Of a DNA stretch of 36,196 bases, positions 25,949 to 36,196 are shown one piece after another. The stretch lies in NCBI GenBank assembly GCA_003990765.1, contig RBNJ01000226.1:1-36196 (forward strand). Reading direction: 5' to 3'. The translations under genes and the position numbers were made by a program. The notes under the pieces are model-generated. The model searched no databases and was not told the origin of the DNA. It worked only from the letters and a program-made list of their open reading frames with translations. Origin of the DNA: Jimgerdemannia flammicorona. Lineage: Eukaryota. The stretch's first letter is position 1. Every line of letters starts with the position of its first letter.

Positions 25949-26337
25949 GATTCAGCAGGTTCTGTATAAGCCCTTATTGAGCAAGGTTTGCAATGACATT
26001 TGAGTGAGGTTTGTGGTGTGTTTGAGTGAGATTTGCAGTGAGGTTCAAGTGAGATTTGCAAGCCTTGCACTTGCAAGCTCAGCCGATAGCTGATATCATG
26101 TGATATCAGCTTATATATATGTCATATTAGCTTGTGACTGAGCTTGTCCAGGTTTGCAAGTGCAAGGCTTGCAAAGCCTGGCTTATGCAAATCTCACTTT
26201 AATCTTACATGCAAATCTCACTTGCAAATCTCACTTGCAAATCTTGCTCGAATCTCGCTGCAAATCTCACTCAAACGTACTACAAACCTTGCTCAAATGT
26301 CATTGCAAACCTTGCTCAATACAGAACATGCTGAATC
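25949..26337. repeat. Long inverted repeat 2, centred on AGCTGATATCATGTGATATCAGCT (26088-26111)
   Basis: gattcagcaggttctgtat...attgagcaaggtttgcaatgacatttgag pairs with ctcaaatgtcattgcaaaccttgctcaatacagaacatgctgaatc. Confidence 0.9.
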
Positions 26338-26660
26338 TCCAAAGTATGTTTACTGTTTGCTGTTTGCAGTTGTGTGATGGGTACCAGTTCACCACCCGTG
26401 CATATTTATTCATCCATCCTCTGTCCACAATCGATCATTGGCTATTGCATGCCACCTTGCTGCTCTCCCTCTTGCTGCCCCCCACAGTTCTTGGCTTTTC
26501 CCGCCACTCGCCGCCTCCCCACAACTCCCTGCCCCCTAGTTTACTGCCCCCCCAGCTCGTTTCCCAGTTCGCCACTCCCTAGCTTGCCACTTCCTAGCCA
26601 CTTTCCAGCTCTTGGCCTCCCACTCAAGCTCCCAGTCCCTGCCATCATCAAATATTCGAA

Positions 26661-28983
26661 ATGTCTAAAGATCAAGAAGTACATTTAGGAGAAATCTCAG
26701 AACCATCAGATGATATATTGGAGGATATATCAGAGGATATATCAGATATCTTCACCAGTTCATTATCACCAACAAGCATGAGAATAAAAATAAAAACAAA
26801 ACCTGGTGATAGCTGGGTGTGGAATCATGCCACAAAGGTAGTTTTATACATTATGCTAATGGTTGAATTCATAGGGGTGATTGGTCTCAGTCATAAGGGT
26901 GGGTGGTTGGTTGTAAGCGGTTGAGGTTCTAATATAGTCTCATATCTCTCTATTCAAATAGAATTTACAAAGTAAGCTCATCAGTTGCAACCATTGCATG
27001 ACTTGGAGCTATATATCGAAGGATGGCAATATCAACAATCTTAAACAATATCTCTGGAAGCATCACAATACCATGCTCTTACCTCTCCAGCATGCTGAGA
27101 ATCCTCACTGGTCTAAGAAAGATGATATTGTGAGTATAGATAGAATGGAATTCGGGAAGTACTTAGGAGGTTATTAGAAAAATAATTGATCAAATTTTAT
27201 TATTACAAATAGGAACACACTAGCAAAACTTTAAGTGATGAAAATTTCCATCGATTAATTGCCAACTTCATTGTCACTGGATATCAGCCATTCTCTACTA
27301 TTGAAAATACTGGCTTCAAGTATCTCCTTTACATATTACACCCTGATCTGGCCCTTCCATCAGCTGATATGATTTCATGAGTTATTCGAAAGGAATTCGA
27401 ACTATTGTGAACTCAAGTGAAAGCAAGGCTAGCAGGGCTCAAGTCAAAGGTGTCACTTACACTTGATTGTTGGACATTGGACATTAACATCAAGGCTTTT
27501 CTTGGAATAACAGCCCATTGGATTGACAGTGATTGGAAGATGCATGACATTATCTTAGACTTTGTGAATATCAGCGAAATAACACACATGGGTGCCAATC
27601 TTGCAAAAAGTCTGGAGCTGGTAATAGATGATTTATTGCCTAGTGACAATCAAATCATTGCTGTTGTGTGTGATAATGCCAGTAACAATGATACTCTGTT
27701 TGAGAATCTCCATCATCTGCTCACTCATATATACTGTTTCGGGCATGTGTTGAATCTCGTCATTCATGATACTCTTGGTTCTCTTAGCGAGCCCATTGGA
27801 AAGCTATGGGAGTTGATAAAGAAGATCAAAAATTCAGCACAATGACAAGCACAACTGGCAAAGGTCTGTGAATCCTCCAGAATTCCCATTTTGAAGCCTC
27901 TCTTAGATATTATGATAATATGGAGTTCTACATATGAAATGTTAGCACGTGCTCTGGAGATTCATAAGGTAAGATTTTGAATCTATTTGTATAGATTTTG
28001 GAATATAATTCGGAAGTATTTTGGTACTAAATAAATTGATATTACATCCAAATAGGGCTTGGATATATTGTGTGCTATGGAGAAGCAAATGAGCGATATA
28101 TCTGAAGATGCATGGCAACAATTTGAATTGATTTGCTGATTTCTCGAGCCTTTTGCCAAAGTGACAATTGTGATGTCAGCTTCGAAGTATTCTACAATAG
28201 TGGCTGTTATCCCACTATTTAATTGGCTATGTGATCACCTCAAAGATGTCATTGATACATATCAAACTGGTGAACATTTTAATCAGGTATATATATGATT
28301 TTGAAAGTAATTTTATTTGTGAATTTAGGAACTAATTTAGTAAGTAATTGGGAAGTAATATGTGTATATTTTTATTTTTTATAGATAATGCTTACCGCTG
28401 CTGAGAATGCACATATGAAACTTCTAAAGTATTACTGCAAGATGACACCATTATACAGCATAGCTTCAGCCTTAGATCTACATATCAATATGTGTTATTT
28501 CTGTCGTGAGCAATGGAAAAAATCCTTAATTGATGAATGGAAGAATCAGATGGAACGTATCTGGGAAAAGGAGTATAAGCCTATTAATGCTATCATTATA
28601 CCCTCAATATCTCATGATGCCGATGATTTTATCAACTCAATATATGAGAAGAAACAGCGCATCAATGTGGATGATGAGCTTGAATGGTGGGTGTTGTTTT
28701 TATGTTTTTTGATTGGCTTGGTTAATTTTCACTCATATTTCTCTGTTTTAGTTATTTGTCAGAGAATCCAGCTGATCCTCATATAGATATACTGGATTGG
28801 TGGCAGCAAAATCAGTTGGTATATCCTAATCTTTCACGAATGGCTTGCGATTATCTTGCTATTTCAGCGACATCTGTTTTATCTGAATATATTTTTTCTA
28901 TTACTGGTGAGCTAGTGACTGAATGTCGAAACAGCTTATGTATAAATACAATTCATACATGCATGTGTTTGGATTCTTGGTAG
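26661..28983 (+). pseudogene. hAT transposase (BED finger, catalytic core, hATC dimerisation domain); introns 26838-26961, 27130-27212, 27969-28055, 28287-28384, 28687-28751
   Basis: BED finger SWVWNH/ISCNHC...NLKQYLWKHH. Core motifs SLTLDCWT, FLGITAHWID, CDNASNN, CFGHVLNL, WSSTYEML. hATC region DILDWWQ...YPNLSRMACDYLAISATSVLSE. GT-AG introns keep the frame; several in-frame TGA codons are probably from CGA. Confidence 0.95.
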
Positions 28984-29063
28984 TCTTCAGATATTTTTCA
29001 CTTTCAATTACTCTGAATATTATCCAAATATTTTCCAAATCATTTTTTCAGAGCAGAGTTCAG

Positions 29064-29212
29064 AGGGTCGGGTTCAGGGTCGGGTTCAGGGGTCAGGTTC
29101 AGGGTCAGGTTCAGGGGTCGGGTTCAGGGTTGGGTTCAGGGGTCGGGTTCAGGGTCAGGTTCAGGGGTCGGGTTCAGGGTCAGGTTCAGGGGTCAGGTTC
29201 AGGTTTGGGTTA
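29064..29212 (+). repeat. 12-13-bp tandem array gggtc(g/a)ggttca(g) in the right subterminal region
   Basis: About 11-12 iterations, with a core related to the 33-bp unit (aacccgaccc on the opposite strand). Confidence 0.9.
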
Positions 29213-29224
29213 AGGGTAAATAAC

Positions 29225-29418
29225 AGGTCAGGTGACATACATTTCCAGATTGGGTTAAAGATGGGTAATGTATCTTTCCAGGTCGGGTTAAAGACAGGTG
29301 ATGTACAATTCTGGGTCAGGTTAAAGACGGGTGATGTATAATTCTAGGTCGGGTTAAAGATGGGTGACGTATAATTCCAGGTTGGGTTAAAGACAGGTGA
29401 CATCTAATTTCAGGTTGG
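29225..29418 (-). repeat. Right subterminal array, about 6 inverted copies of the 33-bp unit
   Basis: Units such as gggttaaagatgggtgacgtataattccaggtt are the reverse complement of the left array. Confidence 0.92.
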
Positions 29419-30289
29419 CTGTTTTATGGGTCGGGTTTTGGGTTAATCAGGTCAGGTTTGCAGAGCACTACCTGGGATAACCCTCACTGGATACCACCTG
29501 AAGACAATGATCCTTGGAATACAGAAGAAGGACCCAGTACAAATTACCATTATCTCTAATAAAGAAACTCACTAAGAAAAAGCTTTTCAGCTAGAAAGAT
29601 GTCCACACCAATTGGTCTTCCACTCTCTCTGAGACTACTGCTATCAGTATCATTTACTAGACCAATAGAAGAGACAGAGACCCCAGAGACCAGAACCCCT
29701 AAACATACTTGCACAGTCAACTATCTTTCATGAAGTCACCACCAAATTGCAAAGCCAATTCAGGGGGCAAGGCTTCTTCATCTGGATAGAAATATATCCC
29801 TTGTCTACTCTTCCACTCACTTATGACCAAGATGGATATCAATTCTCAAGGCAATAAGAGATCAACAGCTGGGAATACCATTTCCAAGCAATGGGATATT
29901 ACAACCATGAGAGACATCTAGATTGCCAAGATTGTAGACATCAGAAGATCCATCTCAGCCATGATGTTATAGTCCATACCTTGAAGAGAGGAGATAACCA
30001 AAGCCAGATCCGAAAAAGCCAGACCAAGAAGCCAGGAAGAAGAATCCTCAAGATCTACAATTTGGAAGAAGACATCCTAGCACTCATCAGATATGCAACC
30101 CACCAAGAATGGGCAGAAGATGCCACCAACTTCATGGAAACCCTAGACCCTATAAGAAGAAGGGGAATTAACTACCTCCAAGACCCTTCCACTGGAGCCA
30201 GATGGCCACACCTTAACCTCAGAGCTTGGAGGCTCTCTGCTAGTAGAGCTTCAGCCTTAGGAAAGTCTGAACTCAGTAAGGATATCGCT

Positions 30290-30693
30290 CAGTATGCCCT
30301 GCTGCACCCCAAGGCCAAACCCCTGACCAAAGCCCACTCAGAAGATGTAGGGTATGATCTTCATAGTCTAGAGGATGAATCTATCAAATCTGGAAAAACC
30401 TTCATAATCAGAACTGGATTAGCCATGCAACCACTCCAAGGATCTTACATCTAACTGACCTCAAGATCTGAACTTGCCAGACAAGGAATAACTGTGGAAG
30501 GAGGAACTATTGACCCAGGATATAAGGCGAAATCAAGGTTATTTTACACAACAGCAGTGCAGAATGGCACAAAATCATTAGAGGACAGAAGATTGCCCAA
30601 GCAGTCTTCATAAAGGTCAAGATCCCACAGTTATAAGAAGTCTCTGAACTAACTGAAGGAACAAGACAAGCCAAGGGATTTGGAAGTTCAGAT
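30290..30693 (+). pseudogene. dut: Trimeric-type dUTPase domain inside Gypsy pol
   Basis: All five motifs occur in order: DVGYDL, TSRSEL, GTIDPGYxGEIKV (1-nt frameshift at ~30524), GQKIAQ, RQAKGFGSS. Confidence 0.93.
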
Positions 30694-31100
30694 AGGTAGG
30701 AAGTATATCTCCTTTAAGTCAACCACCTCAGGAGGAATATTCCCCAGCAAGTATACTGGCAACCAGTCAGACTGCACAAGAATCTTATCCTGAAGCCTGG
30801 AGAACAAACTACCTTCGAAATCTTTGCACCACCCAACCCCAGGAACCTTTTCTTTGAACCCAAGGAAGATATCCCATACCTGGACATAGAGGGACACACA
30901 TTCTCTGACAAGATGAATCCTGTACACTTCCAAGCAATCAACCAAAGTTGAGAGACCATCATCCTGCCAAAAGGAACCATCATAGGGCATCGGGTACCTT
31001 TTCTCAATCAAACTTATAGAGAAGTTTATGAACTAAACCTATCAGGAAATGGCAAAAGGTCTCTGAAGAAAGGAAAGGCCCCTCTGCGACCCAGGAGACA

Positions 31101-32514
31101 GTGAAGCCTTCTGCCAACATTGGAGAAGAATTGATACCTCAACAACAGCAACAACTAGTAGAACTTCTCAACAAATATCAAGATATCTTCACCACTGATT
31201 ATGGCAACCTGCCATACAATCCATCATATCACCACAGTATAAATACAGGAAATGCAACACCCATATGGCAGAAACCCTATAGAATACCCCATCACTTGAA
31301 AACATTCGAAAAGGAGCACATTCAAGAACTCTTAGACAATGGGGTCATCCGACCCTCTACTAGCCCCTGGGCCAGCCCTATACTTATTGTACCTAAGAAA
31401 GGAGGATGGAGACTCTGCATGGATTATAGGAAACTCAATTCAGTCACCAAAAAGGATGTCTATCCTCTGCTCAGAATTGATGACCTCTTGGATCAGTTAC
31501 AAGATACCAGATACTTCAGCAGTATGGACCTCTTCACAGGATTCCATAAGATCCCCATAGACCCAAGAATATTCAAAAGACAGCCTTTCTTGCTCTAGAA
31601 AAACTGTTTGAGTATCTCTGAATGCCCTTTGGACTTGAAATGCACTCTCCACCTTCCAGAGGATGATGAATTCAGTCTATACCCCCTTGATCCACCACTG
31701 CCTGATTGTATATATGGATGATTCCAACATTTATTCAGCAAATTTTGAAGAACACCTGTACTACCTAGAGGAATTCTTCAAACTCATCCGCAAGAACCAC
31801 TTGAGACTGAATGCAAAGAAATACTACTTTGGGAAACAGAAACTTGAATTCCTTGGATTCATAGTTTCAAAAGAAGGAACCCATGCAGACCTAAAGAAAA
31901 CCAAGAAGATCAACAATTGGCCAGTACCCAAAACCTCAAAGGAAATACTATCATTCCTGATGCTAGTATCCTACTACAGAAGGTTTATTAAAGACTTCGC
32001 CCAAATTGCTGCCCTAATCTAAATCCTTCTCAAGAAAGAAGTACCATTCAAATGGAGAGAAATATAAGAAAACACCTTCAGAGAACTTAAGAACTGCATG
32101 ACTACAGCACCAATCCTTGTACACCCCAATCTATAGAAGCCATTCATCCTGTATACAGATGCTTCTAAAGATGGCCTCAGAGCAGTTCTAGTCCAAGAAG
32201 GACCTGATCAACAATACTATATGATAGCTTATACAAGCAGAGCTACCAATCAGCAGCAGATGAACTATGGTAGCACCAAACTGGAATGCCTTGTAGTCAT
32301 ATGGGTGGTCACCCTGTTTAAATATTACCTTATTGGAAAAAAATTCACTCTGATCACAGACTATGTAGTCCTCAAATAGCTATTCAACTATAAGGAACCC
32401 ATTGGAATCCTAGCCTGCTGGATCCTTATCCTTCAGGATTACAAAATCACCATCATTTACAAAGCAGAGAAAGCCCACAACAATGTTAATGTACTTTCCT
32501 ACTAGTCTCAATGA
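31101..32514 (+). pseudogene. pol: Gypsy reverse transcriptase and RNase H
   Basis: RT motifs IRPSTSPWASPILIVPKKGGWRLCMDYRKLN, MPFGL, YMDD (31711-31722), FLGFIV, YYRRFIKDFAQIA. RNase H motifs FILYTDASKDG, KLECL, LITDY, KAHNNVNVLS. Confidence 0.95.
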
Positions 32515-33578
32515 ACCAGAAGAAGGGTGTCCCAAGGAACTATACCCTAAAGGAAGCTCCTCAGACCATCAAGGCACAAGAAGATCTCATCTGAAAAGAA
32601 CATCAGAAAGCCCACCAAGGACAAGCAAACATAGAAGAGAAGCTGCGAACAATACAACAACATTGGCCCAACCTCAGAACACAAGTCTGAGACATACTCA
32701 AGAAATGTGATACCTGCCAGAAGTACCAAGAAAAGAAGAACTATCAAGCACCATTGCAACCAATCGTACCACCAGATAACATCTTTCAGAGATGGGGAGT
32801 AGATATAATTGGACCTCTACCAGTTATACCAAGAAGAATCAAATATATCTGTATATTTGTAGAACATCTGACCAAGTGGCCCGAGGCTTTCCCAATGGAA
32901 ATCGCAGATGCCTTAACCATTGTAGGCCTCCTCCATAGACTCACACTCAGATACAGATTACCAGAAGAACTTATCTCTGACCGAGGCATAGAATTCATCA
33001 ACTATATAATCACAAGTTATGCTTGAATTCACAAGATCTGCCTCAAAAGGACAACATCATACCACCCTCAGACCAATGGCATGACAGAGAGAATGAACCA
33101 GACCATCAAGAAAGGACTTGCCAAAGTCAATCCTACCAATTGGGACCTCTGCTTACCTGAGATCCTATGGGAAATTCGGAACACCCCTGCTGTCTCCACC
33201 AAACAGAAGCCATTTGAAATGATATTTGCCAAGAAAACCAGAACTACTGACCATGAGAATCTTGGAGACCTCCTCAAGAAGGCAGGACAGTTATGTAATC
33301 AAGCCTGAGGTCAGATTATCAAAGCTCAAGAAAGACAAAAGAAGTACTATAACCAAAAACAGAAGGATCAGAAAATCAAGATTAGAGATCAAGTATTAGT
33401 TTAGAGAAGCATGATTGAAACGAATTTTGCCACTAAACTGGAACCCAAATGGGAAGGACCTTATCTTATATACAATATCAGAGGAACTAATATCTATTTA
33501 AGAAGCATGGATGGATGAACCCTGAGAACACTAGTATACATCAATTGTATCAAACTATATCTTCCCTCCACACCATGA
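32511..33578 (+). pseudogene. Gypsy integrase in its own reading frame (355 codons, no frameshift, a few point stops)
   Basis: HHCC finger (EHQKAH...CDTCQK), WGVDIIGP, ISDRG, YHPQTNGMTERMN, and GPY module KLEPKWEGPY. Confidence 0.92.
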
Positions 33579-34043
33579 GCCAAAGGATTGATCAGTATCT
33601 CCAGACATTAGTCCTCAGCTCCTTCCAAGCCCTACCAGTCCCTCTACTCCAATTCGGCCAAGCTAATGGAAGCTCCATTCAGAGGATCCAAGTCTACTAA
33701 GAAAATCTCACCCTAGCCAGGTACCTACTACAAATTCACCAACTACAGGCCTATTATACAATTGGTGAACAATTGCAGAACCTCCCAGCCCCAGAACAGA
33801 CCTATATCAGGAACACTACCAGTCTGATCAGAAGAGACACTACTGCTGCAGACACAGTTCTTCCTGAACAATATTCAAGGAATGAACCCTACTACCTATT
33901 TGAGCCTCATCAATGCTATCGAAATCCTATTCCCTGAAGAAGAAGAAGAGCCCATAGAATGGAGTGACCATAGTACAGACAATGAAGATGATGGAACAGA
34001 TATAGATGCAGAAGCAGCCTATACTTATTGGAATAATGACTGA
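33575..34043 (+). pseudogene. Additional ORF3 downstream of the integrase, unknown function
   Basis: Reads MSQRIDQYLQ...HQLQAYYTIGEQL...RRDTTAA, with an apparent frameshift near 33850, then ...LINAIEILFPEEEEEPIEWSD...YWNND*. One internal TAA. Confidence 0.6.
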
Positions 34044-34056
34044 AGAACAGTCTGGG

Positions 34057-34482
34057 GCATAGGAGATATGAAGTATGGGAGAGGTGGGAGGACTTGAGGG
34101 ATTGATTGGTAGAAGGGGTAGGAAAGGAGTAAATTATCTTAGGTTGGGCATTAGCTATTTGGGTTGGGCTGGCTGGTCACTGGCTATTTGTTTTTGAGGA
34201 TAGGAGGTGACAGAGCTTGGGGAGCCAGTTGTCATGGTAGCAGAGACTTATGGAAGACACCTTGATAGGCTGGTGGCTTGGTTGGGAGCTATAGGGGGGT
34301 CAGAGGTGCTGATTGGTGGAGAAAATCTGTGGACAGAGTGGTGGGAGAGTTGGAGTTGTTAGTGAGAGGGTAATCTTTATTCGAGAAGGGGTAGGGAGGG
34401 GCTCCCCTAGGGGGATCAGATAGTAGGTGGTGATATTGTATACTTATTCATAGACTGGTAATAAAGACAGAGTCTAAGTAAC

Positions 34483-34532
<50 letters not shown>
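34057..34532 (+). mobile_element. LINE-C: 5'-truncated copy of the LINE-A/B family (476 bp, 47-nt poly(A))
   Basis: 15-bp TSD gaagaacagtctggg (34042-34056, 34533-34547). The 3' end agtctaagtaactata(A)n matches the ends of LINE-A and LINE-B. Confidence 0.94.
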
Positions 34533-34534
<2 letters not shown>

Positions 34535-34561
34535 AGAACAGTCTGGGACAGACTATTCTTC

Positions 34562-34573
34562 AGTGGGGGCTAA
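34562..34573 (+). promoter_or_regulatory. Polypurine-tract region before the 3' LTR
   Basis: agtgggggctaa lies immediately before tgtgac. Confidence 0.6.
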
Positions 34574-35934
34574 TGTGACAAACCAAAGATGTACTATCTG
34601 AATTATATCTTAATCAGATAATGTGAACAATTAGCCAAGATGATGTAAATATATAGCATAGTAACCAGCAACCATTACTATGGAATCTGTATAAATAGCC
34701 AGACATACCAGATAGGGTCTGTTTACCTATACAGACTCTATATACCATACAGACTCTATATACTGTACAGGTCCTGTATACTATACAGACTCTGTATATC
34801 TGCCATAAGTAGCAGATCTATAGTTAGTCACATAGCAACCAGATAGCAACCAACTTGTATAAATTACTCCAGAGACAAGAGTGAATAAACCTCAGTCCAA
34901 AAGTTGAATACAAACTAAAGCAAAAGTCAATTGTCTGGTACACTTAGGAGAAATGCCTGCCAAAAGCCACTTGATCTAGAAAGGATTGCAACACTTAGAA
35001 GATATACTTGCCAATGAGCCACTGCCAAGAAGTTGTAAGCTTGGTTCTCTTCTCTTTCACTCTAGTCCACTTTCTGATACAAAGAACAAGTCTATTTTTG
35101 ATTTGCTTGCCAGATAAGCCTGAAGATTTGCTGCCTAAGTTCAAGGAAGAACTTCACCACCATTTCCCAGTTGAAGCTGCCAATTCAGAAGAATCTGCAT
35201 CATCTACCACTTTTGAGTTATCTGTATTCCCAGAATCTGCACCATCATATCCCAGAAGAGCCCAATTCAGAAGAACTCACACCATCTGAGTAGTATTCTC
35301 AGTTGAAGTTGCCAATTCAGAAGAATCTGCACTATCTGAGTTATTTTCCAGAGAGTTGCTGATTTAGGAAGAGACCATGACATCCAAGTTGTTTATTGTT
35401 TCCAGTGAGCCTGAGTTATTGAGTTATCTGTCACCAGTATTATTCCCAGTAAGGAGAAACCATATCATACATTCCTAATGAGCCAAATCGAGTTATCTAC
35501 CAGAAATTGCATACTTTTGGAGATTGTTATCTATACAGAGATTGTTGTGCTATATACGAAATTCCACCAATTCCCAGTTAACCCAAGAAGGAAACTGATA
35601 AATTGCCAGATCATCATACATAAGAAACTCATGCTACACAAGAGATCATTATGCCAGAAATGGCATACTTTTGGAGATTGCCTCACTATACAAAATTGTG
35701 GCATTCCCAGTTGACTCAAGAAGGAAGAATACAAATTACTACTATATCTAGAGAACTATCCCAATAAGGAAACTGCTTGCAGATATCTAGCTTGATTATT
35801 ATACCACTAAATACCAAGGACCTCAGAAATCTTAGAACATTTTATTGCTTTTTGACAAAGTAACTGAGGGCTCAAGCCAAACTACATCAACCCTCAACCT
35901 TGTAATTTGTCTCTATTGAGCCAGGTATGTTATA
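34574..35934 (+). repeat. 3' LTR (1361 bp)
   Basis: Runs tgtgacaaacc...ccaggtatgttata (terminal CA decayed to TA) and is a direct repeat of 18529-19917. Confidence 0.95.
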
Positions 35935-35938
35935 ATAT

Positions 35939-36196
35939 AGAAAGGGAATTTACTTAATTTATTAGATTATTAATATAGTTGACATAATCCTGAATGCTCT
36001 TCTTAAACTTTATTTAGTAATTAAACTGTTATACTTTCAGATAAAATCTATTTGATATAGATACTTGCTAGTGGTAATTATATAAGATCTCTTAGACTTT
36101 ATTTACTATTATAGTATTGATGATGAGTTTTATTTGCAAATTCAAAAGAGTAAATATGTATAATCTCCCTTAATGCTCTACAATCTTTCATGGCTT
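35939..36196 (-). mobile_element. Probable continuation of the Copia gag beyond the Gypsy insertion
   Basis: Follows the atat TSD and has the same AT-rich, TpA-rich composition as 14133-18528. I could not confirm a specific gag motif here. Confidence 0.6.

Larger units (their letters stand above)
23445..29470 (+). mobile_element. hAT DNA transposon (6026 bp) with a transposase and a divergent second gene
   Basis: Termini tagtgc... / ...gagcacta. 8-bp TSD tctgggat / cctgggat (23437-23444, 29471-29478). Inverted subterminal arrays at both ends and a hAT transposase inside. Confidence 0.94.
18529..35934 (+). mobile_element. Complete Ty3/Gypsy LTR retrotransposon with dUTPase (17.4 kb; about 10.3 kb without the three nested insertions)
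   Basis: Paired LTRs, PBS and PPT. Probable 4-bp TSD atat (18525-18528, 35935-35938). Domain order gag, PR, dUTPase, RT, RH, IN. Confidence 0.96.

Noticed and set aside
29064..29212. Telomere-like GGGTTCA repeats
   Set aside because: The unit is 12-13 bp, is related to the hAT subterminal motif and lies inside the TIRs; it is not (TTAGGG)n.
18529..35934. Endogenous retrovirus, suggested by the dUTPase, Pro PBS and 3' ORF
   Set aside because: The RT, RNase H and integrase motifs are Ty3/Gypsy-type, and the 3' ORF has no signal peptide or transmembrane segment.

Overview
The window is eukaryotic and made entirely of nested, decayed transposable elements; I find no host gene, RNA gene or prokaryotic feature. 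A fungal host, probably early-diverging, is my inference from the element types and short AT-rich introns. The oldest layer is a Ty3/Gypsy gag remnant (-, 12088-14132). It was hit by an L1/Tx1-type LINE (LINE-A, -, 1-12087) and by a heavily C>T-mutated Ty1/Copia element (-, 14133-18528, resuming at 35939). LINE-A contains a second full-length LINE (LINE-B, 955-6828, 97-nt poly(A), 14-16 bp TSD) and a hAT-type fold-back MITE. The Copia gag is interrupted by a complete 17.4-kb Ty3/Gypsy element (18529-35934, ~1.4-kb LTRs, tRNA-Pro-like PBS, dUTPase between protease and RT). That Gypsy carries a second MITE, a 6-kb two-gene hAT transposon and a 5'-truncated LINE. Four things stand out: (i) in the Gypsy, the integrase and an extra 3' ORF each start at an ATGA stop/start overlap; (ii) the hAT carries a divergent, spliced accessory gene separated from the transposase by two abutting palindromes centred on ATCACGTGAT; (iii) two otherwise different MITEs share a ~79-bp palindromic module; (iv) LTR divergence is dominated by transitions. 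All coordinates and counts were made by hand.
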